Notes: generated from the sequence alone by a model not told the origin. DNA of 64,000 nucleotides from Octopus sinensis (GCF_006345805.1 NC_043004.1:42222001-42286000); one strand, 5' to 3'. Shown: positions 26,984-40,882, numbered from the stretch's first letter. Numbers and translations are program-made.

Positions 26984-27476
26984 TCTAGAAGTTTCTAAAG
27001 GTTCAAGAGTTCAAACGAAGTAGGAGTAGGGAGGCGTAAGAATAGTAAGGTGAGAGAGTGCAGGTCAAAGGAATGGTGGGTTTAAATGATTTCTTTTGTG
27101 AATGAGTGCCTGTGTGTGTGACTGTATATAACTGTCTTAATGTGTGTATGTGTGTGTCTGAATGCGTGATTGTGTTTGTGGATGGCTATCTACTTTCCTT
27201 TCCCTACAGTAAACATAATCGAACACACAGATACAGACCTTTCAACTCACAGCTGTCAGTTTTCTGACATCTACCCATCCACAAACACAATCACGCATTC
27301 AGACACACACATACACACATTAAGACAGTTATATACAGTCACACACACAGGCACTCATTCACAAAAGAAATCATTTAAATCCACCATTCTTTTGACATGC
27401 AGTCTCTCACCTTACTATTATTATGCCTCCCTCCTCCTACTTCGTTTGAACTCTTGAACTTTTAGAAACTTCTAGA
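26984..27476. repeat. Foldback: 202-bp inverted arms, 89-nt spacer
   Basis: 26984-27185 is the reverse complement of 27275-27476 with only scattered mismatches. Confidence 0.95.
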
Positions 27477-27497
27477 TTCTTCTACATTCAGCCACTC

Positions 27498-27516
27498 TGA
27501 CGTCACTCATTATAAA
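27498..27516 (+). promoter_or_regulatory. Candidate Pol II promoter: CRE palindrome plus TATA box
   Basis: TGACGTCA at 27498-27505 and TATAAA at 27511-27516, about 80 nt upstream of the hammerhead. Confidence 0.4.
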
Positions 27517-27594
27517 GAGACACTCATTATCGCCATGGGCTCCTTGAGAGCGGTCAGCTAAAAGTTTTTTGTGCATTTTGATGTCGACATGAGT

Positions 27595-27691
27595 TCCTTG
27601 ATTTTCCTGATGAGAAATCTGCATAATGTACTCCTTATTCCTTCGGAATTAGGAATATGCAGCCTTCGAAACATATGTCGAGAATAAAGGA
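27595..27691 (+). ncRNA. Type I hammerhead ribozyme
   Basis: Helix I TCCTTGATTTTC/GAGAATAAAGGA (11/12 pairs). Core CTGATGA 27607-27613. Helix II GAA..CTGCATA/TATGCAG..TTC with a further capping hairpin. GAAA 27668-27671, palindromic helix III ACATATGT, cleavage triplet GTC 27677-27679. Confidence 0.85.
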
Positions 27692-27760
27692 TATTTGTTA
27701 ACTAGTCGTTCAACTCCATTCTTTCATATACTTATAATTTTAATATATATATATAATATA

Positions 27761-27807
<47 letters not shown>

Positions 27808-27940
27808 ATACGAAACCAGGCCAGTCTGCTGATCCCGTCGCTACAAGGTGGTATAGGTTCGCTCCGCTGCTCTTAATATCTCGGATGCAGCTCCTCATCG
27901 TTATCCACAAACACATACACACACACACACACACACACAC

Positions 27941-27999
<59 letters not shown>

Positions 28000-28608
28000 A
28001 TATACCTTTTGATTGGTCGAGGATGATAACGTGATCAAGTTTTGTAAGTCTTTTCTACGTCCGTTCCTTAATGTCATGTGACAATATGTTTGGAACCGTT
28101 ACAGTTGTCATTGTTGAATGAAGACGTCTAGTGATAATCCGCAGCAAGAAAAGTTGTCTGAAATTTATCTGTTAAGTCCAGTATAGGAAGAACTCACGAT
28201 TAGGAGTAAGCTTAGAAAGTTTTGTAGTGACGTTTTTGGCACTGAAAATCAAGGCTGACATGGGTGAAAGAACATGACTTGTGATAGTCCCAAAATAACG
28301 CTCTCTAGATTTAATGTTGAATAGTAGACTGGACAGGAATTGCTTCTATGTAGCCTAGTGGTTTAAAAGTTATGGCATGTGTCTATGTAAACAGGCATGA
28401 CATTTAGTTTTTACATGTCTTTTTTCTAATCATTCATCACTTATGTACGTGTAGAATCTGTCAGTTTGTAGTCACGATTGAGTCCAAAGTTTAGGTTGTT
28501 TAGCTGTATAAATTCAACATGTCAAGCAGTAGAATGTGTTTGATTGTGAAGAGTTGTTCGTTAATGTAGTTTGTTAAAGTTTATTCAGTTTTGCTTTGTA
28601 TTTTATAA

Positions 28609-28700
<92 letters not shown>

Positions 28701-29139
28701 ATATATATATTACTTTTGTTTATACGTGCTTGGTCTGTGGTATCGACTGGAAGGGAAAGACTTGGAACTTGAGAGACCATACTTGAGAGTGGGCATAACT
28801 ATATGAAAAAAAGTTTCCAAATCTGATCATCCCATTCTATTCCACATCTATTCTAATCTAGGACTATGATATCCAATACCCTTTCCTGTTTAAGCTATAT
28901 GTGGGTTTGAAATCAAATTCGCTATTGTTTCTACCTTCGTGAAACAGCATCTGACTTACGGGCTTTATTTCATAGTCTATAATAATTGTTCTCTACGCCA
29001 CAATCAAAATTAGATTAGTGATGCTAATTTCTATTGAAATCAAATTATTATTTTTTCTTGGTATTTCATGTGATGTATCAGGATCGAAGCCATAATTCCA
29101 TCTTTGTTCAGAACATTGATGGCTGATATTTTTGATATG

Positions 29140-29580
<441 letters not shown>

Positions 29581-30561
29581 ATGCGTGTAAGTATCTTCCT
29601 GTCTTTCGATTTAGCCCAGAATCACCAGATTGCGTCGTAAATTAAATGAAAATGTCGATCGAAATCAGAACCAGCGTTCCAAGCCAGATCCTCACAAAAG
29701 TTTCTAGAAGACCACGTCGCTTATGAGGTTGCGTTGGAAATAAAATAATACATGGAGATTACTATTCGCAACTCAGAATTAACCATACATAAAAAGAAAC
29801 GGTGCACCCATCCGTTAATTTGATGGAGAACCATGAATCTGATTATTCTTTCACTTCAGTAATAGTCGATTACCATATTATTATTGCTGTATTGGGAATT
29901 AAATCAAATCTCAGTTGAACTCTGCATAGAGGTTTGAAAATGATGGATCCAGCATTCAAGGTGAAATAGCTGTTCGCTTAGTTAACTTTGTTTCTTTATT
30001 TTAAATTTCATTTTCCTCTCTTCTTCAAAAGGTATCAGATTTCCATATCTAAAGGGCCATCAACGTGACATTTTTTAAAAATCAAATTTAAGAAAAAAAA
30101 ATGTAAATACGTATACATATAGAAGAGAATATAAAAATTGTGCAAATATAAAGCACAAATAAAAATCCAAAGGCATAAATGTAAACAGAAAAATAACAAA
30201 TATACAAAAAGAAAGATGAACAGTATTTTATGGTTAGTAATTTCAAGGAGAAAATTCATATTTTTTCTCGTAACTGTTGCATGAATGATAAGAGTGGTGT
30301 GTTTGGGTGCGGCATCAGTGAACAAACATGATGCTCTTCAACAAATCAACAAAAGTATAAAGCAAAACAAAGTCTTTGTTGTTATAGCTGATATCAATAG
30401 TGATGATGTTAAAATGATGATGATATAGTAATAATAATAATAATAATGATAATAACAATAATAATAATAATAACAATAATAAAAATAACAATAATAATAA
30501 TAACAATAATGATAATAACAATAATAATAATAATAATAAGAAGAAGAAGAATAACAATATT

Positions 30562-30612
<51 letters not shown>

Positions 30613-30729
30613 TCCACCGATAACTTTTACTATCATCATCGCCGTCATCGTGAGGGTGATTATAATACAGTCCAAATATTCTGAATGGAGAAATCACTGT
30701 TAGTAACTCTACAAATCTAAACTTCCCAT

Positions 30730-30793
<64 letters not shown>

Positions 30794-31565
30794 TGATAAT
30801 AATAATAATAATAATGAATAAATTTAATAAAAACAGTGTCATGAGTGTGCCTGATATCTTACACACAAGGGTCAAACGAAGTGCAAGCAAACAAATTGAA
30901 AGCTTCGTAAAACAAATAGGACAAAAGTGTGCGCAAAGAAAATCTAGTCAGATGTATTCAGAATTATTAATTAAAATTCTTAACGCATTAATTTTGAAAC
31001 ACGGTACAATGGTCAGTCTTAGAAAGAAATTCGATTTGATGCCACTGTTCAAATAAATTGATATTCATATTCTGTAAAATAATTTTTTTCTTTAGTACAA
31101 GGCCAGACATTTTAAGTGGAAGCAGAATATGTGACTTAAGTTTATTTATTAATACAAGTGAAGCAAGTTTCCTTAAATAATTGTAAATATACACGTCATT
31201 GAGAGTGTTTGCAATGAAGGAGAAGTATGAAATAAAACCAAATTTGAAAATTGAAAAACGGAATAATAAACAAAATTCCAATTGTCTGTTAAGACTTAAC
31301 CTGCAAGTAATTCCAAACTGTTGGAGAAACGTGCAGAATAAACTGGTTTGCTGTTACAAGCATCAAACCATCAATATATCAAGATTTCAAATTTTAGTAC
31401 GGGGCCAGCAGTTTTTGAGGAGAGGGGGAAGCCGATTACATATACCCCAGTATTTGGCCTTTTACCGAAATTTGAAACTTATATTGGAGGCAAATAGTAC
31501 AATGAAATGAGCTACCAGTTGCGGGGAACGAAATAGAAGTACTGATTAGATCTAACGATTGTGGT

Positions 31566-31775
31566 ATATTCTTTACTATTTCACTCTTTCATTTGTTTCA
31601 GTCATTTGACTGTGGCCATGCTGGAGCACCCCCTTTCGTCGAGCAAATCGACCCCAGGACTTATTCTATCGGTCTCTTTTGCCGAACCGCTATGTTACGG
31701 GAACGAAAACACACCAGCCTCGGTGGTCAAGCGATGTGGGGAAGGGGAGGGGAGCAAACACAGACACACAAACAT

Positions 31776-31806
<31 letters not shown>

Positions 31807-31970
31807 TATATATATATATATGCATGTATACGACGGGCTTCTTTCAGTTTCCGTCTACCAAATCCACTCCCAAGGCTTTGGTCGGCTTGGCCAAGGCGTC
31901 GCGCGGTTGGACTGAACCCGGAACCATGTGGTTCGTAAGCAAGCTACTTACCACACAGCCACTCCTACAC
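31566..31970 (-). mobile_element. SINE family A, near full length
   Basis: Same head, core and tail as 19731-20140; small deletion in the head-proximal part. Confidence 0.92.
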
Positions 31971-32647
31971 CTATATATATAATTTTGTTATTCTTTTGGT
32001 TTTAATCTTTGGTAGCCATTCGTGCTAAGGTACCGCTTTCAAGATGTGCCCCCACTACATCAAATAATATCGGATAGAACACAAATCCGATCCATAGCTA
32101 TAAATCTTTTAAGTGATTGAATTCCAAAAGAGGCAAAAGTGACGAACTGGTTCGCATCATTGATTTTCATCCCACGGTAAATATGCACGTAAACATACTC
32201 GCTTAACTGCACTCAGAATTGTACACAAGGCTTTGAGTGACGTGAATGTATGAAAGAAGAAACCTGCTCAACATAATTTGCAGTGGGTTCGAAACCGTGA
32301 TGACGTTGCTAGAAAGGCAAGGAAATAGTTGTTCATATATATGAATAGATATATGAATAGAAACATCGGTGGCTAGATCATTGGATTAGTAGAAAAGCAG
32401 TTACATTTTATTGTGTAGGTGAAAAAATTGAAAGATCGTTGCTTCAGTAAAGAAAGAGTTAAATGGAGATAAATGGAGATTGTATATACGAAAATTAGGC
32501 CGACTGGCTGCCAAAAGAAGAAATAGATAGGTATAATAAATATATGTATAGATTTATTTACATGAACTGATGAATCGATCGATAAATAGGTAGATAGACG
32601 TATATATGAAATACACAGATGTACACACATACACACACAATATATAT

Positions 32648-32688
<41 letters not shown>

Positions 32689-33744
32689 CGAGAGAGAGAA
32701 AGTGAAAGAGAGAGAATGAGTGGGAAGGAGAAAGAGTGAGATGGAGAGATATATAGACCAGTTCCTAATAAATCAATGGATAGGTAGCTGGCGACGGAAT
32801 AAAAATTGGTAGCTTAAAGTCTAGAGATTGCATGTAAAAGAAAGGGAAACCTAGAGAGATTGAAAGATAAAAGAAAGACAGAGAGTGTTTTCTTGATTGC
32901 GTGTTTGAGAGACTGAAAGATAGAAAATACATTATAGAACGCCATCTAGGAAGACACTGATGTAAATGTGAAAGGAGGAGGGCAAACTTATTATTCAGAG
33001 CCGCTAATTAATTTAACTTATTCCGTTGATTTCATTACGAAGCCGAGGTTTGCAAGAAGAATTCTCGTGAGACTTCCGTTCGATACCATCTCAAACTGAT
33101 TGTGTTGGATAAGTCTAATGAAATTCTTCACGTTTTAGTATCTTAAACGAATGCTATGACCTGAGATTGGAAATGTGGGCTTCATTTTCTCCAGCTACAA
33201 CTAAATATAGCTAAAGAAGCAAATTATAGACATGCAATAAAATTCTTACTTCTCATTTATTTCTTCCATAACTTACTTTTCTAATATTATAACTTTCTCA
33301 CAACCATTTACTTTACGGTTATTCTATTCTTCTTTATCTCTCTTTCACAACGTCTGTACATCTATGTGTCTGTAATTGTCTAAGCTGCCTGTATTTTCTT
33401 TATATCTGTGTATCTGAGAATATCTATGGGGTATATGTGTCTGTATGGGACATATAGTTTTTGTTTGCATATATATGCGTGTTTTTTTTAGATGTGATTC
33501 TATGTGCGAGAGGGTATGAGGTGTGAGATTTTCTTCGATGCTGGTGTATATTTAATTTTCTATTTAAATGTGTATGCATTTATCTTAGATAGATCTTATC
33601 TTTCAACATACAGATATAACTCACCGTCTTTAAACCTACATTTAGAACAATCGATCGAGCAGGCTACTCAACAATCTTTATATCTACTTAACTACACATA
33701 CTTCTCTTTATGTATGTATGTATGTACGTACGTATGTATGTATG

Positions 33745-33775
<31 letters not shown>

Positions 33776-33846
33776 TATGTATGTATGTATTATGTGTGTA
33801 TGTATGTATGTATGTATGTATCTATCTATCTATCTATATATATATA

Positions 33847-33881
<35 letters not shown>

Positions 33882-35109
33882 GTCTGTCTATCTATCTATC
33901 TGTACTCTCTCTCTCTCTTTCCCTATTTATCTAACTATCTATCCATCTATCTATCTGTCTTTCTGTCGTCTGTTGGTTGATCGATCTATCGATGTGAATA
34001 TCTCTAGACACACGAGTACGTAACGAAAAAGAGAAGTCGTACTAGGGAGGTTCCATTTCCGATTAAAATTTACTCATACATATACATATATATATATATA
34101 TATATAATATATATATATATATATCTTACATACATTTATATGTATATATGTATACATACACACACATATACATATGTCTACATACCCCCACATATGCACA
34201 CACACATGTTATATATATACATATATATACATATCTAATAGCCTTAGATAATATTTCACCAAAGTGCTCAACAAATGTTAATTGGGACAACACATCATAA
34301 CTATTCAATAGAAAACTTACTCTGAATTATGATCATGTAAATTTCTTTCATATTATGTATTAAAAGTTAACTCATTCCGCTTACCGTCCTTTGTCGAAAG
34401 ACTATACATACATGTGTGTGTGTGTGCGTGTGTGCGTGTGTGTGTGCGTGTGTGCGTGTGTGTGTGTGTGTGTGTACATACACATATGTAGGTATGTGTG
34501 AGTATTTGTCTTTGCCAAAGTGAGTATGTATATATAGTGGAAGGGTGTAATTTTGATGAAAGTTTGGTCATTGTGTTTAGCAGGTCAAACGAACATATTA
34601 GATATCCGCTCATTTGCTCGAATTTCTTTTCATTTGAAATTAAGTTGGTTTTACTTCTTTTCTTGTGCCTCTACCAGAATGGTGCATTATTATTTTATAT
34701 TGGCTTCTCTCCAGCCTTAGTAATTTCTCTCATCTCTCATTTCACTTTACTGCTAGATATGATTAACCAATATAGCTATACTTGTGCATTTTCACTGGCT
34801 GAAGAATATTTTTAATGATGAATAGAATTATCACAACCGATGCGGAAATATAAAATAATTCGCTCAAATTGATAGCGTCTACTATGTTACAGGTATTTAT
34901 TCGTGAAGTTGACAGAAACAAAAAATAAAATAAAAAAGGAGCGAATTAAATATTCTGTGGGTTGGATAAAAAGAGCAAGAAATATGAACTAAATATCTCT
35001 CAACCTATACAACTCTGTTTTAAAAATTCACGATAAACTTTGAACTATGTAGACTTCAATACACAATACTTTCAAAATGTATAATGAAAGTGCTTGATTT
35101 GTTGGCAAA

Positions 35110-35256
35110 TGCGTAAATTACAACCCTGAAAAATCATGACAAATAAATAGCGCAGACCTCCGCCACGCAGCTCATTTCCACCCATATACACGCATGCTGA
35201 AAATCGCCCAATTTCCCAAACCAACTCCGGCAAAAACATAACCTCCTTGGCAGAGT
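35110..35256 (-). mobile_element. Helentron/DINE-1-like non-autonomous fragment
   Basis: Terminal ATAACCTCCTTGGCAGAGTTAA motif, related to the end of 35625-35803. Confidence 0.45.
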
Positions 35257-35624
35257 TAAAAAAAAGCACAGCAATATCATTTTAAAAAAGAATATAAAAA
35301 CAGGAATCATATGAAGTAGTTATAATACATCAATGACAACAGCAAGCTAGTTTCACAGCGGCGGTGGACTGAGGTTTTTGAGTCAATCCCAATAGTCAAG
35401 GCTTGTCATGTCATCCTCCGCAGATCGCCGCCAAGCAGCTTATTTTAAGATAGATACGTGAGTAAAATTAGTCATAGAGAAACGATTATAAACTTTGGAA
35501 ACAGCAACACCACCATAGGTTACGTGCAAACAATTCACGTGTTTTCAAGGGAGATAATCAAAGAACATAACATTGTAATACTTCATGTAAAGTAAATATT
35601 ACAAATGAAAAATCCTTCAAGAAT

Positions 35625-35803
35625 CCATAAAATTTCACGGATCACTACCAAAATTTCATCAGCTATTCCTTGTCTTATTACCGACTTTCGCTGTCAGTTT
35701 CATCAAATAGCGTTCACAAGTGTTTGAGTTATTTTGCACACAATCGGACAGACGGACAAACCAACGTCGATGAAAATATACCCTCTTTCCCTGGCGGAGG
35801 TAA
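35625..35803 (-). mobile_element. Helentron/DINE-1-like non-autonomous fragment
   Basis: Minus strand starts TTACCTCCGCCAGGG..GGTATATTTTC, followed by a GTTTGTCCGTCTGTCCG core typical of DINE-1-like elements. Confidence 0.55.
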
Positions 35804-36180
35804 AAATTTAGTATCCAGTGATGATAAGCGTTTCTTTTTCTACCGAGAAAGACAGATGTTTCTGCTGTTTTAGCAAAATCATACATATGCATATAGATTT
35901 TTTTCTCAATGTAGCGATCGAATTGTTATGTAGTCTTACAACTTGTAACAAATCTCCGCCAAACACAGTCCCATAGTAATGTAATTCTAAACACAGTCCG
36001 CTAGGTAACATAATCTGGTTTTAAACATGTTCGAACAAACATGACGTTTTATCATAATGGTGAGATCGTCGAATATGACAACCACAGCGAAACACACACA
36101 ACGACAGTGACAAGAAGCAGAATGTTATTGTTGTTGAAATTCTCGTTTCATAACGGATGAAAGTGATATATCATTCTAGG

Positions 36181-36614
36181 GGATCTTTTCGGTTTGAACG
36201 GCAGTTTTTTCTAGCGGTGTCATATGAAATTATCACCCATTATTATGACCCTAGTATCGATCTATTGCATTTCAATCTGTTTTAGGGTTAGGGTTAGGGT
36301 TAGGGTTAGGGTGGGGGAAGGGTATCTTTTTTTCTTCACAAATGTAAATAAAGCCAATCTGTTTCTTAAACGAGGGACATATTCATACGGCACAGAATGC
36401 TTTTTAACTCAATAGACGTCACTGATTGGTTGAAATTGCAGAAATTGAAGGAAAAAACAACAAATATCTTATTATCTTACAAACCATAGAATTTTCTCAA
36501 TAAAACCAAGAGAAAAAGATGTTTTATAAACACATTCTACCAGTATACGAAGTTTGACATTTTTTAGTTACCTAGAAATTATGTTAAAAACTGCCGTTCA
36601 AACCGAAAAAGTCC
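36181..36614. mobile_element. MITE with about 29-bp TIRs and internal (TTAGGG)5; 9-bp TSD (Mutator-like)
   Basis: TIRs GGATCTTTTCGGTTTGAACGGCAGTTTTT / AAAAACTGCCGTTCAAACCGAAAAAGTCC. Exact flanking duplication CATTCTAGG at 36172-36180 and 36615-36623. Confidence 0.92.
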
Positions 36615-38262
36615 CATTCTAGGTATTCCATTTGTAACCACCTTGAGCATAAAACTACTTCATGACGACGTGAGCGCGTGCGCGTGTATGATGTTTAAAG
36701 AAAATTGTACTATTACGTTTGTAAAGTAGGGGGAATGCTTAGAACCCCCTTCATTTTAAAATGATCATATTTATTTTTACTTAAATATATGAGGAACTCC
36801 TTCAATTTTTGATGATGAGAACAGAGTTGTTGAATCAACTAAAGTTCCTGCATCTTGAATGAATTCAAGAGGTTGAGCGTTGCATACACACTTTTGACTT
36901 TGACATAATTTTCTGGCAGAATTAATGTAACAAAGCTTGTGATAACGTTGTACGTTAAATGACAGGTACAGTTTATCGAATGCGCATCTACAGAGTTCCC
37001 GTTTCACCAATTTCACTCATAAACAAGGTTTAACTTGAGGTTATTTACATGCGAAAGCAGAGATAGCGGAGAGAGAGAGAGGGGGTGAGAGAGTGAGAGA
37101 GAGAGAGAGAGAGAGAGAACTACAGTTTAGAACTTTCAACAATATATCCATACAGAAATGACTATGTTCTCTTAAACAGTAGTGGATTAAAAGTGTCAAG
37201 AATACACATGTTTAACAAAATTTTGAAGTAATGAAAGGGGATCAAAAGCGAATTATTTTTGACAGTGAGTAGAGTTAAAAATACAAACATTATTCAGATT
37301 AATGTAGAGGAAGATTAAGAGGATAAAGATTTCATTTACATTTTATTCTAACGTAAACTATACAAAATAGCTAATTAATTTGTAAATGGATGTAATTAAA
37401 TATTGCAAATTCGTTTAAATACCCTGCTATATATATTAAAATGTAGATTTGCCATATACGTTTAAGGAGAATTGCTAAAATTTAGGCGGGAAAATATTCA
37501 TTCATTAATATTAATGATTTTAACAATTCTTACTTATGGAAATACTGAAGGCATAAATTTATAAACAAATAAGTGAAAAGCTACGCTGTTACGGCAAACT
37601 CTTTGAACAACTGGCGGGTTCTTAGCAGTACGTAACATAGGTTCGTTATAAAATTAGTAGAAAATATATAAAGAATTTTAGAATAACGCAAAAATCTTAA
37701 TACATTCATAGCAAAATAAAATAAAAATAAAAATAATAATGGATATTTTCTCTTATTTTGTATTGTTCCAAGTGTAGACTCAAATTGGCCGTTCATCCCA
37801 AGCGGTTTCTATTAAGCAAGTGTCATTCAAATACTTACTTAAATTTAGTCGATAATATCGCTTGAACATATGCAACTGTGTATATATGGTAAAGCTATTG
37901 TAAATATTATTGTTTTGTGATACAGTATTTTGTTCAGTTCAAGAGAAATCGATGCTGTAACAAATAGAATTAGAAGATATTCGTTTGTTATTGGGACCAG
38001 TCGATATTCTCATAGAAATATCTTTGATGAATTTATAAAATTTTGCTCTTACGATGATTAATTTTTGATGACTGTAGCACAAAGATTTTAATGAATTTGC
38101 GACTTTTAATAAAATGTGACTTTTTTAAAGATTTCGAGTGATATGCAGGATACACAGACATAAGCTGTAACTGTAAATTTAATGACTCTACATTCAACAA
38201 GGGAAAGATTTACTTACATCCCAGTGTCTTGAAAAAGTCGGGTGGTTCGACTTCCATAATTG

Positions 38263-39620
38263 TTTTTTTTTTGCGGGTGGGGGGGGGGCTTTAAAAGTCT
38301 CGATATGGGTCTCATGTTCGTTGTTCCCACGTCCCAGGAAAGCTCTCTCGAATTTTGTTGTAGGAATCGAGCGATATTCGCAACAGATGCAAATTTTCAG
38401 GTATGCGAAAATCACTCCCCCTATTTCAAATTCAACGTCATGTGTGACGATGGCCATTAGTTCTTCGTTGTCCCTTTGGATGGGTACGAAATGGGATGTT
38501 TTATGTTGGTACTGTGTTATTTGTATGCTTGACTGCAGTGGTGATGGACTTCTTGTTGTTGCTTCGGTTGTGTCTGTGTATGCTGTAAATGAGGTATCTG
38601 CAGTTTTAGTGTTTGTGTGAGTGTTTGCTCTTGTATCTCATTAGGTTGTTTGCATTTGGAGGATTCTGGTGACAGTGATGGTGTTGGTTGTTTGGTGGTG
38701 TTGTTATTGGGGTGAAGTTTGCGTGGGTGTTGTTTGTATTTTTTATTGTGGGTGTTATGCTTTGCAGACTTTTCTTTTGTGCTTTCGTTTTTGTATTCTG
38801 GAGCCTTTTGGATTTCTTTCACCTTCACTACTGGAAGATGAGTGGTCTGTGGCTGTGTGTAAGTTTATATTCTTGTTTATGTGTTTGTGGGTTTTTTTGG
38901 AGGAGTTAGGAAATGAGAGCTTACTTCGTTTCCCCGTAGGGTGCTTTATGTCTTTGGTGCTTCGTTTGTAGTTGCTGGTTGTTGCTTTGTTTGTGGTCCT
39001 TGTGTCGGCGTAGTCAGATGTGGAGGTTTACCAGTTAGGCGCGGCAAACTCGCAAATGAGTAGTTTCTCCACAAGCGAAACAATGTGGCCTTTTGTCGTC
39101 AGTCATGATGTGTACCGTTCTGAAGACGGTTGTGGTCCGGGATTTTTTTTATGCTTTCAGGCTTGATCTGGAGAAGTAACTCCAGTCCTACCTGCAGTTC
39201 TTGTCACCTCTATCTGGACGGCATCCGTCCACTGCATAATTACGCAACCCAGAAACCACCACATATCAAGTCCTGTGGGATCCTAGGAATGCGGATACGT
39301 GCTACACGTTTCCCCATGTGGAAGGGTTACATAATGAGTCTGCTGGTTTTGCAATGGGTCATTGAATATTTCGTAGCGTGGGCTTCTAACTTAAACAGCA
39401 CCGAAATGGTGCCGTATTGTTTGCCCGACGTTATGTATTCAGTGTCATCTCTGATGCACCTCAGTGTTACTTCCATATCTACTTTGGCTAAGATGCATCT
39501 GAAAAGTATCCTTCTTTTCTCCGTTGCTTCAATTACCTCTGACGAAACTTTACGTTCGCCCAGGCTTGTTCTTGTTTGATCAGTTTCCATGCTTAGGCCA
39601 ACATTTCATCTCTATCTACG
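38263..39620 (-). mobile_element. gag/ORF1-only non-LTR retroelement (HAL1-like), decayed
   Basis: Minus-strand ORF1-like METDQ..EKRRILFRCILAKVDMEVTLRC..QYGTISVLF..RIRIPRIP, zinc knuckle RPHCFACGETTHLRVC(R) near 39040-39085, a low-complexity K/Q/T-rich region, then A10 tail at 38263-38272. No EN or RT motifs seen. Confidence 0.6.
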
Positions 39621-40079
39621 GTGAAGAATTGCATCTTTTTCGCTGCTGTTGCAGCGAACGTGTTTTAGATGTTAGTAACGTTCTCGTTGTTGTTGTTGTT
39701 GTTGCTGCCGCCGTTGTTGTTGTCGTTGTTCTTGGTGTTGGTTTTGTTGCTGTTGTCACTTTTGCCATTGCTGCTGTCGCTGCTGAGCTCCCTCTTTCGT
39801 TGTTGTTGTTGTTGTTGCTACCACTACTAGTAGTGCTGCTGCTGCTATTGTTGCTACTACTACTACTACTACTACTACTAGTAGTAGTAGTAGCACTGCT
39901 GCTGTTTCTGTCGTCTCTACTACTGCTGTTGCTGTTACTACCACCACTGCTGTTTCTATGCGGTGGGCTTTGTACCGTCCCACTCTCGTTTCTCCATTTT
40001 CTTTCCCCTTTATTGTTGCTAGTAACGAAGGGAAGGGAAATCTTCAGCAGATTCGTGGGTGGTAGTTTTCTTTTTTCAA

Positions 40080-40295
40080 GGCGGCGAGCTGGCAGAAACG
40101 TTACCAAGCCGGGCGAAATTCTTAGCAGTATTTCGTCTGCGCTACGTTATAAGTTCAAATTACGCTGAGGTCGACTTTGCCTTTCATCCTTTCGGGGTCG
40201 ATTAAATAAGTACCTGTTATGCACTTAATCCGTTTGTCTGTCCTTGTTTGTCCTCTCTTTGTTTAGCTCCTTGTGGGTAGTAAAGAATTGGGTAG
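40080..40295 (+). mobile_element. SINE family B, full length
   Basis: GGCGGCGAGCTGGCAGAAACGTTA...AAGTTCAAATT...GTCGACTTTGCCTTTCATCCTTTCGGGGTCGATT...GTGGGTAGTAAAGAA. Confidence 0.92.
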
Positions 40296-40554
40296 TTTTT
40301 TTTCTCTCAACTCTTTCAAGACGCACTCCGTCGTCTTTTTTAGTTTTGTTTGATTAAATTAAATGAAACGCCCACCGAACTTATTTGGCCCAATATAGCC
40401 ACTCGAGGGGCTAACAAGTAATAGATTTCTGGTGTTTCTATTGACAACCTCTGATAAAATAAATAATGCAAAAAGCATCAAACCGGTGGAAATAAATGTT
40501 TTAAGCTGCACCAACCTGGAGCGTTTGGAAACATGTCCCATGTATTTTGCAGTG

Positions 40555-40626
<72 letters not shown>

Positions 40627-40669
40627 ATAATAATAATAATAATTATAATAATAATAATAATAGTAAGCA

Positions 40670-40882
40670 GAAGAATTCTTTCTACCATAGGCACAAAGAT
40701 TAAATTTAGCGGAATGCGCTCTACTGGTACTTATCGGTCTCGAAGCCTGAAAAGTAACGTGGGCTTCCGTGGAATTTGAACTCAGGACGAAAAACAACCG
40801 AGAAAAAAATGCAGTGAAGCATTTTGTCCAACAATCTGCCGATGCAGCCAAACCACCTGCCGGTAGTCTACTCCTGATAGTC

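Noticed and set aside
28020-28560. Possible very old Penelope-like RT remnant on the minus strand near the hammerhead
   Set aside because: Only faint motif echoes across several frames; it needs a profile search before it can be called.
36282-36311. Telomeric repeat as evidence of a chromosome end or fusion
   Set aside because: It is internal to a TIR element that occurs twice in the window.
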